A DNA stretch of 64,000 nucleotides, from NCBI GenBank assembly GCA_963724765.1, contig CAVRVY010000003.1:896001-960000 (forward strand), read 5' to 3'. The notes beneath the pieces are model-generated. The model was not told the origin of the DNA, ran no database searches, and saw only the letters and a program-made list of their open reading frames with translations. Below are positions 41,034 through 51,887 of the stretch, in pieces; the first letter of the stretch is position 1; every line of letters starts with the position of its first letter. The DNA is from an uncultured delta proteobacterium. GTDB taxonomy: Bacteria > Desulfobacterota > Binatia > Binatales > Binataceae. The translations under genes and the position numbers were made by a program.

Positions 41034-41514
41034 GAAGCGCAAAAAGAAACCGGCGCCGCGAAATACCCACACGCCACCCGATCAGTACGACTTCATTCAA
41101 CACTGCGCGAAGCTGCTCAAGGCTCGTGTCGCTGCGGGTGTCTATCGCGATCGGCCGGGGCTTGAAGCGGCGATCATAGATTTCGATCCCGCTATCGCCC
41201 TGATCGAGATAGCGGCGGACCCTGCCAGCACGCCCGACATGCGCGCCGCAGTGAGCGCCAAGCTCATGCCGTTCTGGCACAAGGAACAGTCGTTGCTTGT
41301 GAAGGAACACGGCGACGGACCCGCTGACCACAATGTCGTGGTAATTGTCCAGCCTTGGGCGAGCGGTCCACGCCGCATCGAGGCCGCCCCAGCCGCCATC
41401 GAGCCGCCGCTCGAGGTGAGGACCGGCGAGGATACGCCAGTCGAGGCCGAAGTCGTCGAGCCGGTTGAAGACCCCAAGCGCATCGTAGGTTTTACGCCGC
41501 AAGGCGTCCCGTGA
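41026..41514 (+). CDS. Terminase-small-subunit-like protein
   Basis: Basic N-terminus; DPAIALIEIAAD...MRAAVSAKLMPFWH...EHG...VVVIV resembles TerS-like phage proteins. Confidence 0.45.
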   Translation: MVKKRKKKPAPRNTHTPPDQYDFIQHCAKLLKARVAAGVYRDRPGLEAAIIDFDPAIALIEIAADPASTPDMRAAVSAKLMPFWHKEQSLLVKEHGDGPADHNVVVIVQPWASGPRRIEAAPAAIEPPLEVRTGEDTPVEAEVVEPVEDPKRIVGFTPQGVP

Positions 41515-41729
41515 GCGCCGAACGTCTCGCGCAGTTGAGAGACATGGGGACCGACCTGACTCGGTTCACGCTGGCGCCGACGCCGGAGGTGCGCGCGCCG
41601 GGATTCCAGCCCTACGAGATGAGCAACGGCAGGCCGGTAAAAACGAGTTGGAAGGAACGCGAGGAGCGGCTTGCTGAAGGCGCCGAAGTGCGACGTGCGG
41701 CGCAAGCCAAGGTCATCATCGAGGAGTGA
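41511..41729 (+). CDS. Hypothetical protein (element)
   Basis: GTGA overlap with the upstream gene. Confidence 0.5.
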   Translation: MSAERLAQLRDMGTDLTRFTLAPTPEVRAPGFQPYEMSNGRPVKTSWKEREERLAEGAEVRRAAQAKVIIEE

Positions 41730-41780
41730 CGATTGCGAACAAAGTAGTGCGGCGCGAATCGCACGAATAGCCAGTAACTA

Positions 41781-42720
41781 ATGGAGAATACGCAGTGGGA
41801 AACGAGGACGGACAACACAGGTCATCGACAACCGGGCCGCAGCCCAATAACGGTCAGCGCCAGCGGCAACATGATCCAAATTCGTCAGGGCCGCGATTGG
41901 GCCGGAGCATCGTGCCGCCGAGCCGGCCTGGCGCGGATATCGACACCGAATCGGGCGCCGCGGGGCGCGAGCGCGAGCGCGGGCTGCGCGACGCGATGCG
42001 CAACCGGCCCGGCAAGTAGAGCGCCCCAATGGAAGTCACAATCGCCGGCAGGACCTTCAACCTGGAGCGGCTGTTGACGCCCGCCGGGCGCCGCGCGGCG
42101 CTAGCCGATCCCGAAATGCGCAACTCATTCGCGAGATACAACGCGACCCGAAGCAATTCGGATTCGGCGCCGATGACGTGCGCGGTATCGTGGAATGGAG
42201 CACGGGCGAATTTGACGGCGCGACCGCCCAAGAGCTGCGCGAGAATTTCGCGTCAGAGGAAACCATGAACGACAAACAAATGACCGAGCTGCAAAACCTT
42301 TACGCCAGCAGCGAATACAGACGCGCCTCGAATATGCGCACGGACCGCGCGAAGCTGAACGACCCCGCAAATCGTGCCGCGCGCCTGGCGTGGAACCGCG
42401 CGCAGGAGCTCGAGGCGGCCATGAAGGCGGAGCAGCCTGCCCGCCAAGATCGCGACTATGCGGGCAACCCGAAATCACCGGGCGGCGTGATGAAGCCGAC
42501 CGATCGTTACATCCCGACCACGATCAGCGACCTGGCGAAGCTGCCGCCGGTCGAGCAGGCCAACAAAGCCCGAGAACTGCGCGCCAGCATCCGCGACAAC
42601 AAGGCGCATCCGTACTGGAACGAGCACCACGAAGGCCACAAGCAGGCGGTCGAAGAAATGGCCGTGCTGTACAAGGCCGAGCAGCTAACGGATGGCACGC
42701 CGACGCTCGGCGAGGAATAG
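41781..42720 (+). pseudogene. Frameshifted phage scaffold-like protein
   Basis: Coding-like pieces in several frames ending in KAHPYWNEHHEGHKQAVEEMAVLY. Confidence 0.45.
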
Positions 42721-43539
42721 TCAGAAAAGGAGACTTAGTAATGGCAAGCAACAAACTCAGAATTGGACAGCATAGGGATTCGAGCGGCAGCGCCCCTAAC
42801 TCCTTCAGAAATCAATTAGAAGCACTGCGGCCGACGTGGGGCAGCCCAGCGGCGGCGAGTTGAACAATGGCGCGGCGCCTGGCCCGAAGGCCGATTCGAT
42901 GGTCAATCGGACGCGTCACGACCCGAGCCGTGAGGCCGGTGAGGCGCGCGGAACGCGCAGGAAGTAGAAGCAAGTGAAATCGGACAGCCATCGAGAAAAG
43001 AGCGCATTGACCCATCCCGTCAGTGAGCATCCTGACCGTCAGCCGCCAATATCAGTCACGGCAGCGGCGAACCGTTCCATCACACGCATCCGAGTGACTT
43101 GCGCCGATTTAATCGCGAGGCCGAGCCAGTCGAGATGCATCATCATCTACCCGAGAAATCGGGCGATGAGATTATGAGCGTCGCTCATCGCGAGCACGCA
43201 GCGCAACGCGCACCACGCGCGGCAGCGATGAAAGACACTAAGTCGCAAACCAGAAGCACCGGATCGCGTCAGCACCGGAAACCCTACGATCTCGTCGAGC
43301 GTGTCGCGCGCGCAGCAAAGCTCTGGTGGATCGATCACGAGCCAACGGTCAATGGATCGTCGGCGTCACAGTCTGAATCACGCGCAGAGCCAGGTCGATA
43401 GCTTCCTGATGCTTTGGCCTTGCAAACTCGGGATTGTCTTTCACTCGTTCCAACCCATCGGTAATGCGCTGCTTGATGCGGGCAGGGCGTTGACGTTCGA
43501 GCCGTCACCGGGATAAAAGTCGCGTGTTTAGAAACTCAA

Positions 43540-44763
43540 ATGATAATCTCGTGGAAGACGCCAACCTCCGGTCGTCAATTGAGCATTGCGGCCTGGATAC
43601 TGATTGCGCTCTATTTGCTCGGGTTTGCAATCTCGGCAGCGGTTCGCTCCCAAAGCGACTTCATCATTTACAGAAACGCCGGCATCCAGGCTGCTCATGG
43701 CGGCCAGATCTATGATTTTCAGGATCCGAGCCCATTCCAATACGCACCCATTTACGCCGTGGCTTTTATTTCATTGGGCCTCCCTCCCCTGCGCCTGGCG
43801 CAACTACTGTGGTTTCTGGTCAGCATGGTCATGGCCCTGCCCGCCATGGTCCTGGGCACGCGCCGCCTGCTATTTGGCCGCGGGTTCGAGCTGCGCTGGC
43901 AACTGATCGTTATCCCGGTCCTTCTATGTACAAGATTTCTCCATCCCAACTTCGATCATGGCCAGATCAACCTACTCCTCGTGGCGATGGTAGTATGGGG
44001 GCTCACGCTGGCGAATGAATCACGCTCGGTGGCGGCGGGAGCTCTTTTGGCGGCGTCGGTGCTGGCGAAGCCGTTCGGGTTGCCCGTGATTCTGTACCTG
44101 TTCGGACGGCGCCGCGTCCTTTTCATCATTTCCTTACTGTTTTTCGCTGTGGCCCTGCTCTGGCTGCCGTGCGTGATTGTGGGCGTCGGTTACACACTTC
44201 ATCAAACCGACGAGTATATAAGGAGCCTGACCACCCGGGTTCCTCACCTCTCGCACGATCTGTACAACAAGTATAACCAGTCGGCTGCCGCGATCGCCGT
44301 GCGGCTGTTCGCGGCCACGAAGCAGCGCGGCGGCCTGTTGAGTCAAAGTGCGGCCGCGAGCATCGGATTCGCCTTCCAATGCGCGCTCACATTTGTGGTT
44401 GTTGTCTGGATCGTACTGCGATGGAGCCGCACGACCGAGCAGAATACCCGGCTGTCCTTGGCGGCGCTGTTTTGCACCGCCGCGGCATTCTCACCGGTCT
44501 CGTGGCTCGAATACTACATGATGCTCGAGGTGCCATATATGGCGCTCGCGTTTATCGCCTGTTCCAAAGAGGCGACGGATCGCAGCCATGCGAGGGCGGC
44601 GCAATTCGTGCTGGCGGGCGCGCTGGTTTTGAACCTGGGCACCCGATTGTTCGAACCGGCCTTGTATTACGGCGCCGTATACTTCGGCTCGCTGGCGGTG
44701 CTCGTGACGATCCTGGCTCTGACCGGGTTCAAGGAGCCGCCGCCGCTCGAAGCCGCTTTGTGA
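43540..44763 (+). CDS. Glycosyltransferase family 87 (DUF2029) membrane protein
   Basis: DFIIY, FQYAP, GQINLL, K.FG, NQS, SPVSWLEY; multi-TM. Confidence 0.88.
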   Translation: MIISWKTPTSGRQLSIAAWILIALYLLGFAISAAVRSQSDFIIYRNAGIQAAHGGQIYDFQDPSPFQYAPIYAVAFISLGLPPLRLAQLLWFLVSMVMALPAMVLGTRRLLFGRGFELRWQLIVIPVLLCTRFLHPNFDHGQINLLLVAMVVWGLTLANESRSVAAGALLAASVLAKPFGLPVILYLFGRRRVLFIISLLFFAVALLWLPCVIVGVGYTLHQTDEYIRSLTTRVPHLSHDLYNKYNQSAAAIAVRLFAATKQRGGLLSQSAAASIGFAFQCALTFVVVVWIVLRWSRTTEQNTRLSLAALFCTAAAFSPVSWLEYYMMLEVPYMALAFIACSKEATDRSHARAAQFVLAGALVLNLGTRLFEPALYYGAVYFGSLAVLVTILALTGFKEPPPLEAAL

Positions 44764-45024
44764 CGTGAGCCGACTCGGCGGGCCCGGCTCAAGTGCCTGG
44801 ACGTTCTACGCAATTGCTTAGCGCCTCTCGACTCTTGTTGGGTGGGCGCCCTCTGGAAAGGGCCGGGTGTGCCGGGCGAGCGAACAAACGAGTTTCTAGC
44901 GTGGGCGCAACACATCGATGAATCGATGGACGTGCTGCGCGAGTTCGTGGATAAAGCCGCGCCGCCACCGAAGAGGAAACGCAGCGCTGCGCGGAAGCTG
45001 AAGCGGGCCGCCTGACCATCCCCA

Positions 45025-45109
45025 CCGGGCCGCTCGGGGCAACCTCCATATCCTTGGAGGGCCTTGCACCTGGGCGGCCCTTTTCTATTTCACGATAGCG
45101 CGAGATGAT
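45025..45109. repeat. 85-bp structured direct repeat, copy 1
   Basis: GGGCCGCTCGGG...CCTCCA-TATCCT-TGGAGG...CCTGGGCGGCCC-TTTT; second copy exactly 1020 bp downstream. Confidence 0.92.
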
Positions 45110-45147
45110 TATTCAGCGGTGCCGAACAATGGAGGGAGGAATCAAAC

Positions 45148-45626
45148 GTGGCAGAGAACAACACCGCGCTCGACGACATCTACTGCGACCTCGACGAAGT
45201 GCACGGCGAAGCCCTTTACGAGGGTACCAATAGCCTCAGAGAAATCGTCGTCCACGCGCTGTCGCGACTGCCGACCGAAGTCTACGAAGACCTGATGCAC
45301 GGCGAGCGCCCAGTCCATTTCTTCGGGCTCGGCGCCCACCAGTGGGGCGTAGCCCTTCGCTGGCATGTACCTTACCGCCGTGCGATAAGCCAAGCACACA
45401 CGAGATGGAGGTCATCGTGCTCAGCGGTCAGTTGTGCACCATGCCACCCGAAGAGGCCGTGTTCACCGTCGCTCACGAACTGGCTCACGTCTATCTCGGG
45501 CATACAGGGATTCATGCGTTGCCCCTCGGCGATAAGCCCCCGCAAGAAACCGAAGAGCGGGCCGACGACCTTGCAGCTCAGTGGCTCGGATTTAGGCCGG
45601 CGAATTTGGCACGGAAACGGCCCTAG
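45148..45626 (+). pseudogene. HEXXH zinc metallopeptidase (ImmA/IrrE-like), frameshifted near 45370-45400
   Basis: GGAGG SD + GTG; VAHELAHVYLGH...EERADDLA lies in a second frame. Confidence 0.7.
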
Positions 45627-45767
45627 GAGCTTTCAGCCGGCATCAACCCCTGCCTCGACAGTCCAGAGGGGCGTCAGAATTAGCAGGGAAATCGTGTCGG
45701 CCATTCCTGAGCGCGATGACCGTCGCGCGTGCTTTGGTTTTCAGATCGCCTCTGCTAGATGGCAGGC

Positions 45768-46037
45768 ATGAAGCCCCACCACGCCGCTGCGCTTGCCTTG
45801 GTCGGCTGGTATCTGATGCAGCCGCCGCTGCCGCACCTCAATGGTCATCCTACCACCCCGCGCATCGCCGCCGGGCCCTTCTCAGGCTGGACAATAGCTG
45901 AGACCTTCCCTACCCAGAAGAAATGCGAGACCCACCGAAGCAATCCGTGGGACCGGTGCGTCGCCAGCAATGATCCGCGCCTCAAGGCAAAACAGGACAC
46001 GCCACCTTTCAAACTAGGACACTCGCCCTCAGATTAG
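45768..46037 (+). CDS. Small secreted Cys-containing protein
   Basis: MKPHHAAALALVGWYLMQPP...F.TQKKCE...CVASNDPRLK. Confidence 0.7.
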   Translation: MKPHHAAALALVGWYLMQPPLPHLNGHPTTPRIAAGPFSGWTIAETFPTQKKCETHRSNPWDRCVASNDPRLKAKQDTPPFKLGHSPSD

Positions 46038-46044
46038 GACAGCG

Positions 46045-46129
46045 CCGGGCCGCTCGGGACAATCTCCATATCCTTGGAGGGCCTTGCACCTGGGCGGCCC
46101 TTTCCCTATCCGCAACGGCGCGAGATGAT
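46045..46129. repeat. 85-bp structured direct repeat, copy 2
   Basis: Hairpin core differs from copy 1 at two positions. Confidence 0.92.
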
Positions 46130-46172
46130 GTCACGAGATGAAAACCAAGCTGATGATCGAAGAGGTTGGATC

Positions 46173-46830
46173 GTGATCTACTGCACAAAGTGCGGCGCCC
46201 CTGGGCCTGCGGACGTGAACTATTGTCGTAAATGCGGCGCCCACCGTACCCATCATCGGTTGCGCAAGGCGGTCGTTGTCGCCGTTGCGATTGTGGCCGG
46301 GTTCGGAATTCTCGGGGCGATAATCAGCGAGAAGAAGAACTCGCCGTTCGACAACCCAAAAGTGGCGGCGACTACGCCTGTTGAAAGTGCCGATATGTCG
46401 GCAGATCCAACGGGGATAGATCCGTACGTAACTCCAGAAATGGAGGCGGGAGAGCATTACCGCGCAAACATAGTGGCCATCCTAAAGCCTAGTCAAGAAA
46501 GCATGGGCGCCTTTGCCGAGCTGATGGAGTCTCCACAGATAGACGATCCTGGCTGGGCACTTCAGCTAGAAAAGACGATTATGCCTTGGCGTGAGACGTA
46601 TCGTGCTGCGATCACCATGAATCCGCCTGCGGACTGGCGGAATGTGCACACTTGCCTACTAACTAGCCTGTCCGAACTGAATCAAGCGGCTAACGACAGT
46701 CGCACGGGGCATCAGCTCTCGCGATCTTGCCGTTCTCTCGCTGGCGAACACTGAATTAGAAGAGAGCAGCCGTCTAATGGCGCAATGCTCGACACAAATC
46801 GATAGGGAGATTCAAGAGCCCCGCAAGTGA
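46173..46830 (+). CDS. Zinc-ribbon membrane protein; probable frameshift near 46705
   Basis: CTKCG...NYCRKCG, TM helix; helical C-terminus continues in another frame to TGA 46830. Confidence 0.65.
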
Positions 46831-47052
46831 GCAGCCGCCCCGCCATGCTCGATTACATCGCGCTCCTCGCCGCCTGGGTTTTGTGGGTGACGTTCCTGTT
46901 GAGCGGCCAACCCTACACACCGTCGAGCCCGTTCCGAAACTACCGCAGCCCGATCCACGACGCGCGACCAGTGCGAGCACCAGCACCAGCGCAGTTTGAC
47001 CGCGGTTAATACGCGCTGATAAATCCCGGACATACCCTACGGAGAAATCACG

Positions 47053-47361
47053 ATGGCCGATACGCAAATTGGACAATGGCTAAGGGCCAAATCGGAGCTG
47101 AAAACCGCAGAGGCCCTCCTGCGAAACATTTTGCTCGACACCCAGCGCTTGGCAAAATCGTTGGAGCAGTGGCGGTCAATCCAGCCGGACGGCCCCGGAG
47201 TGCGGTATCCTGGAACCAAGGACTCCTTTGAGCCGGATACCTGGCCAGACTGGCGAGCCGTTAATGCCGCCCTGAGGGCCTGCCACGAGGCTCAGCAGAA
47301 ATTCAGCCAAGCGGACGATGCGCTCACGCCTCAAGACCGGAAGCTTCTAGAGCCTGACTGA
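47053..47361 (+). CDS. Hypothetical protein (element)
   Basis: GGAG SD, 102-aa helical ORF. Confidence 0.6.
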   Translation: MADTQIGQWLRAKSELKTAEALLRNILLDTQRLAKSLEQWRSIQPDGPGVRYPGTKDSFEPDTWPDWRAVNAALRACHEAQQKFSQADDALTPQDRKLLEPD

Positions 47362-47824
47362 GTCGTGTAAGCGCGCACCGAATAATTTGCCCGCCACAGC
47401 CGATATGAGGCGTCGCAATTCTGGACGCTGCCAACCCTGCCCGACGCTCTCACGACCCGTCAGGATTAGCGAGAAAATTACTGGCGCACGTTCCCGCTCT
47501 CGATGCCCGAGGACAGAGCCTGTTTCAAATCTCGTAAAAGTTCCCTGCTGAGAGGGACCCACGCGCGATCGCGCTCGCAAATTTTGGGGGTGTACCCCCG
47601 CCGACCTGGCAAAAGGATTGTTAGATCGATGCGCCGATTTCAGGATGGTCACCATCCGACGACGGTCACCATGGCGCCGGCGGGGATGGTCAGCGTGATG
47701 AGGTCGACGAGCTGCGCGTGGGCGTAAGTGACACAACTCTGACACAGCGGACACGAAGCGGTTGCGGGAGAAGCGTTTTACGCGGACCGTTTGTTTTGAC
47801 TGCGGGTGTTCACGGCCGTAGCAC

Positions 47825-48091
47825 CTAGGTAGCGGGCGGCTGCAATATCCGCTGAATTGTCGCGCATGGCATCGAACAGCAGTGCGTCCGCTGACCTGAC
47901 CTGATGTCAGAGCGCATTCGCGTGAACATCACGTTGCAGACCGCACACTGAAGCTCGACGCGATGACCTGGCGCCCATGCGACGCGCCACGGCCGGCCAT
48001 GCCATCGAAGGATTGCCACCTCGTGAGGATACGCGAGCGCGCCGGCCTGTCCAACCGGTCGAACACGGAAGTTAGTGACGCTTGGTGACAC
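47825..48091 (-). CDS. Small Cys-rich (zinc-binding) hypothetical protein
   Basis: AAGGA SD; CAVC...CCSMPC. Confidence 0.55.
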   Translation of the reverse strand: MSPSVTNFRVRPVGQAGALAYPHEVAILRWHGRPWRVAWAPGHRVELQCAVCNVMFTRMRSDIRSGQRTHCCSMPCATIQRILQPPAT

Positions 48092-48235
48092 ATATTCCTT
48101 CTTCAGAGGTTAGCGTGCGCGCGCCTGACTAGACCCTTAAAAATGGGAGAAGCGTCACCACCTGTCACAAGCGAGGGCGCGCTTTCAGAAAGTCGGCGAC
48201 TTTGTTGCAACTTTTGCCGTGACCCTTTGTTTGGG

Positions 48236-48961
48236 TCACCTGGGCTGGAGTCCAGCACCGCGAATTTTTCGTCGGTGATGATACCGGTCGTGATTGGCGC
48301 GGTAGCGGCGGGCGCGGAGAGCCTTGGTGTGCAATGGGCAAGCGCCGGGGGCGTTGCCGCTGGGGAGTAGGCGCCTAGCATAAAAGTAGGAACCGCAGAT
48401 TTCGCAGCGGCCGATTCGGCAGATCTCGGCGCCTTCGAGCGACGCCAGGTCCGGCATGAGGCCGCCGCCGCGGCGAACAACAATCCGGCCGGCCTTGTCA
48501 TGGTCGAGCGCGATCGAGACGCGGATATATGCGATCGTCGGTGTCGCGGTCGCGCCAGGCGTGTTGAGCTTCATCGCCGCATCGAGCACACGGCGCAGCA
48601 TCACGACATCGGCCTTGGCGTTCGCCGCCCTGCTCGCCTCAAGCGCGCGCTTCACGACGGTCCACCCGCCGAATTTCTCGTGATCTGGGCCATGCTCTTC
48701 CATGTGGTGCCTGACGAGCTCGCCCAGGTCGCGGTCGGTCTGGTCGAAGTTTGGGAACTCGGTGACGTTCGCGAAGGCGAACACTGCCTGTAATTTCGCG
48801 TTACGCCTGGCCGGTGAATCTGCTGCGCTTGGCGTTACTACTTTCGGTGCGTCACGCTTGACCAGCGCCGGCTGAAGGGTTGGCGTGACGGTGCATAACG
48901 CTTGGCGTATCCGTTTGGCGGTTCGAAGTTTGGAAGTACCTCGCGCTTTTTGCCTCGTCAT
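48236..48961 (-). CDS. CGNR-zinc-finger-like putative regulator
   Basis: RIGRCEICGSYF...AC...RARRYR C-terminus; divergent from the HTH-primase operon. Confidence 0.6.
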   Translation of the reverse strand: MTRQKARGTSKLRTAKRIRQALCTVTPTLQPALVKRDAPKVVTPSAADSPARRNAKLQAVFAFANVTEFPNFDQTDRDLGELVRHHMEEHGPDHEKFGGWTVVKRALEASRAANAKADVVMLRRVLDAAMKLNTPGATATPTIAYIRVSIALDHDKAGRIVVRRGGGLMPDLASLEGAEICRIGRCEICGSYFYARRLLPSGNAPGACPLHTKALRARRYRANHDRYHHRRKIRGAGLQPR

Positions 48962-49042
48962 ATCTGTGCTCCGTAATGGGTTAGATGTAATGTCTTACAC
49001 AGTGGCCGACCAAAGGCAACCGTGACGACGAGGGCATTAGCG

Positions 49043-49249
49043 ATGCGTGAACACGGAAACGAAACAGGCGCGGCCTTTCTCGGGCCGCAGGAGTTTGGCT
49101 CGCGGCTCGAACCGCCGCTTTCGGCCGCACAAGTCCGGAAGCTATGCGACCACGGCCGGGTTAAGGCGTTCAAGACTCCGGGTTGCAACCGGATCATCCC
49201 GGCCGCCGAGCTGCAACGATTCGCGGCCGAACGTAGCAAGCGGCGGTAA
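49043..49249 (+). CDS. Excisionase/AlpA-like HTH protein
   Basis: LSAAQVRKLCDHGRVKAFKTPG..RII...ELQRF. Confidence 0.7.
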   Translation: MREHGNETGAAFLGPQEFGSRLEPPLSAAQVRKLCDHGRVKAFKTPGCNRIIPAAELQRFAAERSKRR

Positions 49250-49312
49250 AAAACAGGAACGCCGCGGGGCAAACCGCGGCGCGAAGAAGGGCAAGCGAAA
49301 GCACTACTGACA

Positions 49313-51887
49313 ATGCCCAGTGTACGCACAGACCAGCCTGAAAAACCAGTAGCCCTGAAAGTCGCGCCCGAGCATATTCCGCTGGGACTCCAGATCGCGG
49401 ACTGCTGGGTGCCCTGGCGGTATGAGCTGGTGCAGAACGGCAGAGGCGAGTCGAAGTGGACCAAGCCGCCCCGGCAAGCGAGCGGCGAGTACGCCGACGC
49501 CACGGACCGCACGACCTGGACCTCCTTTGCCCTTGCCGTCGTGGCTTATCGTTCCGGCCGCTTCGATGGCATCGGCCGCGTGTTCTCCGCTGACCATCCG
49601 TACACCGCCATCGACCTTGACCATTGCCGCAATCCTGTCACCGGCGCCATCGAGCAGTGGGCCGTCGACTTGATCACACTACTGCGCAGCTATGCCGAGA
49701 CCTCGCCAAGCGGCACAGGTATTCGGATCGTGGTGCGCGCCAAGCTACCGCCGGGTTCGCGCAATCGCAAAGGCAACATCGAGATTTACGATGACCGGCG
49801 ATATTGCACGCTTACCGGGCATCTACTCGATGGCGCTGTGGCCACGGTCGAGCCAAGGCAGGCTGAGGTCGAGCAATTCCTTGTGAAGGTCTTCGGCGAC
49901 GCGGCCAAAAAGACTGTTCACAGTAATGGCAACGGCAATGGGCGCGGCGCTACAGCCGCCCCGAGCATCGATGATGCCGCACTGCTCGAGAAGGCGCGTG
50001 CGGCGCGCAATGGCGACCGCTTCGCGGCACTCTACGATCGTGGCGATTACAGTGGCTATTCGTCGCAGAGCGAGGCCGACCTTGCGCTGTGCGGAATGCT
50101 CGGATTCTGGTTCGCTGGAGATGCCGCAAGTATCGACCGCCTATTCAGACATTCAGCACTCATGCGCGACAAATGGAATCGCGCTGACTATCGCGAGGAT
50201 ACCCTAGCGAAGGCTGTCAGTGGCCGCACTGAGTATTACGATCCGCTGCACGGCGTCCGCAATGGCGCTTCGCCGGAGACACATGAAGCCGACGAACAGC
50301 CGACCGCCGAGGCACGGGAATCGTCGTCGGCTTCACTGGCCGGCAACGAGTTAACGGAAGAGCCCGACCCAGCGGGGCCTTATGGTGACATTGCGCTATC
50401 GCATCGCCTGGTTAGGCAACATGGCGCCGATCTGCGACACGCTCCCGACGGGTGGTATCGCTATGATGCTCGGCGTGGGCTTTGGGAACACGACCAGAAG
50501 CTGAAGGTGTTCAGCTTGGCTAAGTCGATGCTGGCCGCCGTCTCGCACGAAATCTACGCCGACGTAGTCAAGTACGGCAAGTTTCCCGACAAGGAAACGG
50601 CCGAGGCGGCCGCGCGTCGAGCGACCAATGGCGTCAGCAGCGCTAGAACCGTAGCCGCAATTGTCACGCTCGCGCAGTCGCATCCAGCAGTGGCTATTAC
50701 TGTTGACCAATTCGACCGTGATAACTGGCTACTAAATACGTCCGGCGGTGTGGTAGTCGATCTACGTGATGGTACTACGCGTCCGGCGCGAATGCGACGA
50801 TTATTTCACAAAGACTACAGTGGTCGCTCCGCGAGAGATGCCCACACCAGTGTTCGATACCTTCATGCGCGAGATCATGGGCGCGCATATCTCACCCGAG
50901 GCTTGCGCGTGCGCTGCCTGCCTCAAGAGTTCGGGAGAGCTCGACGCCGAGCGCCAAGCCGACCACGATGCCGAAGTTCAGGCGCTAGTTGACTACCTAC
51001 TCCGTGTGTATGGCTATTGCTGGACTGGCGATATCCGCGAGCATGCGTTGTTTTTCCAATTGGGCGAAGGCGGTAACGGCAAGGGCGTGCTCAATGACCT
51101 GATCGAACTCGATATAATGGGCCGGCCGCCAACCGGCTATGCGTGTACGATTCCGATTGAGGCCTTGCTGTTAGCCAGAGGAGAAAGACATCCGACCGAG
51201 CTAATGGACCTTTTCCGTACCCGTCTGGCACTGGCTCGCGAGTCCGACGAGGGCACAGTGTGGAACGAGGGCCGGGTTAAATCGCTGACCGGCGACGCAG
51301 TAGTCAAGGCTCGCCGGATGCGCGAGAATTTTATCGAATTTTCGCGCACTCATAAGTTGATACCCTTCGGTAACGCACGCCCCCTCCTACGCGGCGCCGA
51401 TCAGGCGGCATGGAAGCGCCGCCTGCAACTGACTAATTTTCCACAGAGATGGGACGATGAGGCCGACACGGGGAGGGGTATCCGAAAGGCGGACAAGAAA
51501 CTCGACATAAAGCTTCGCGCGGAAGCTCCCGGAGTCCTGCACGCACTCATCAAGGCTTGCCACGAGTATCAGGACATTGGCCTGGCGCCGCCGCAGACGG
51601 TCAAAGCCGCGTCCGAAGGTTATCTCAAGGAACAGAACACCGTCGCCCGTTGGGCCGATGACCGTCTTGATCGAGAGCCGAGTGCAAGCTCGACCGTCGC
51701 CGAGCTGTGGCGCGACTTCATCACGTGGGCCGAAGCCGACAAGGAGTACACAGGCCACCGCCGCGACTTTAATCGCCGACTGGAACGCCTCGATATCAAG
51801 ATAACGCGGACCGGTTCGCAGCGCGGTGTCTGCCCAGGGGTCGCCCTGAAAGTGAGACCCGGCGCACAAAACGAGGCGCCGCTATGA
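49313..51887 (+). pseudogene. NrS-1-like primase-polymerase fused to D5/P4-type SF3 helicase, split by a +1 frameshift near 50790
   Basis: IDLDHC, ETSPSGTGIR, IEIYD..RY.TLTG, SQSEADLAL...IDRLFR.SALMR.KW; FDRDNWLLN; Walker A GEGGNGKG, KSLTGD, AWKRRL. Confidence 0.88.

Noticed and set aside
45025-46129. Integron attC sites
   Set aside because: No RYYYAAC/GTTRRRY core ends and no intI gene
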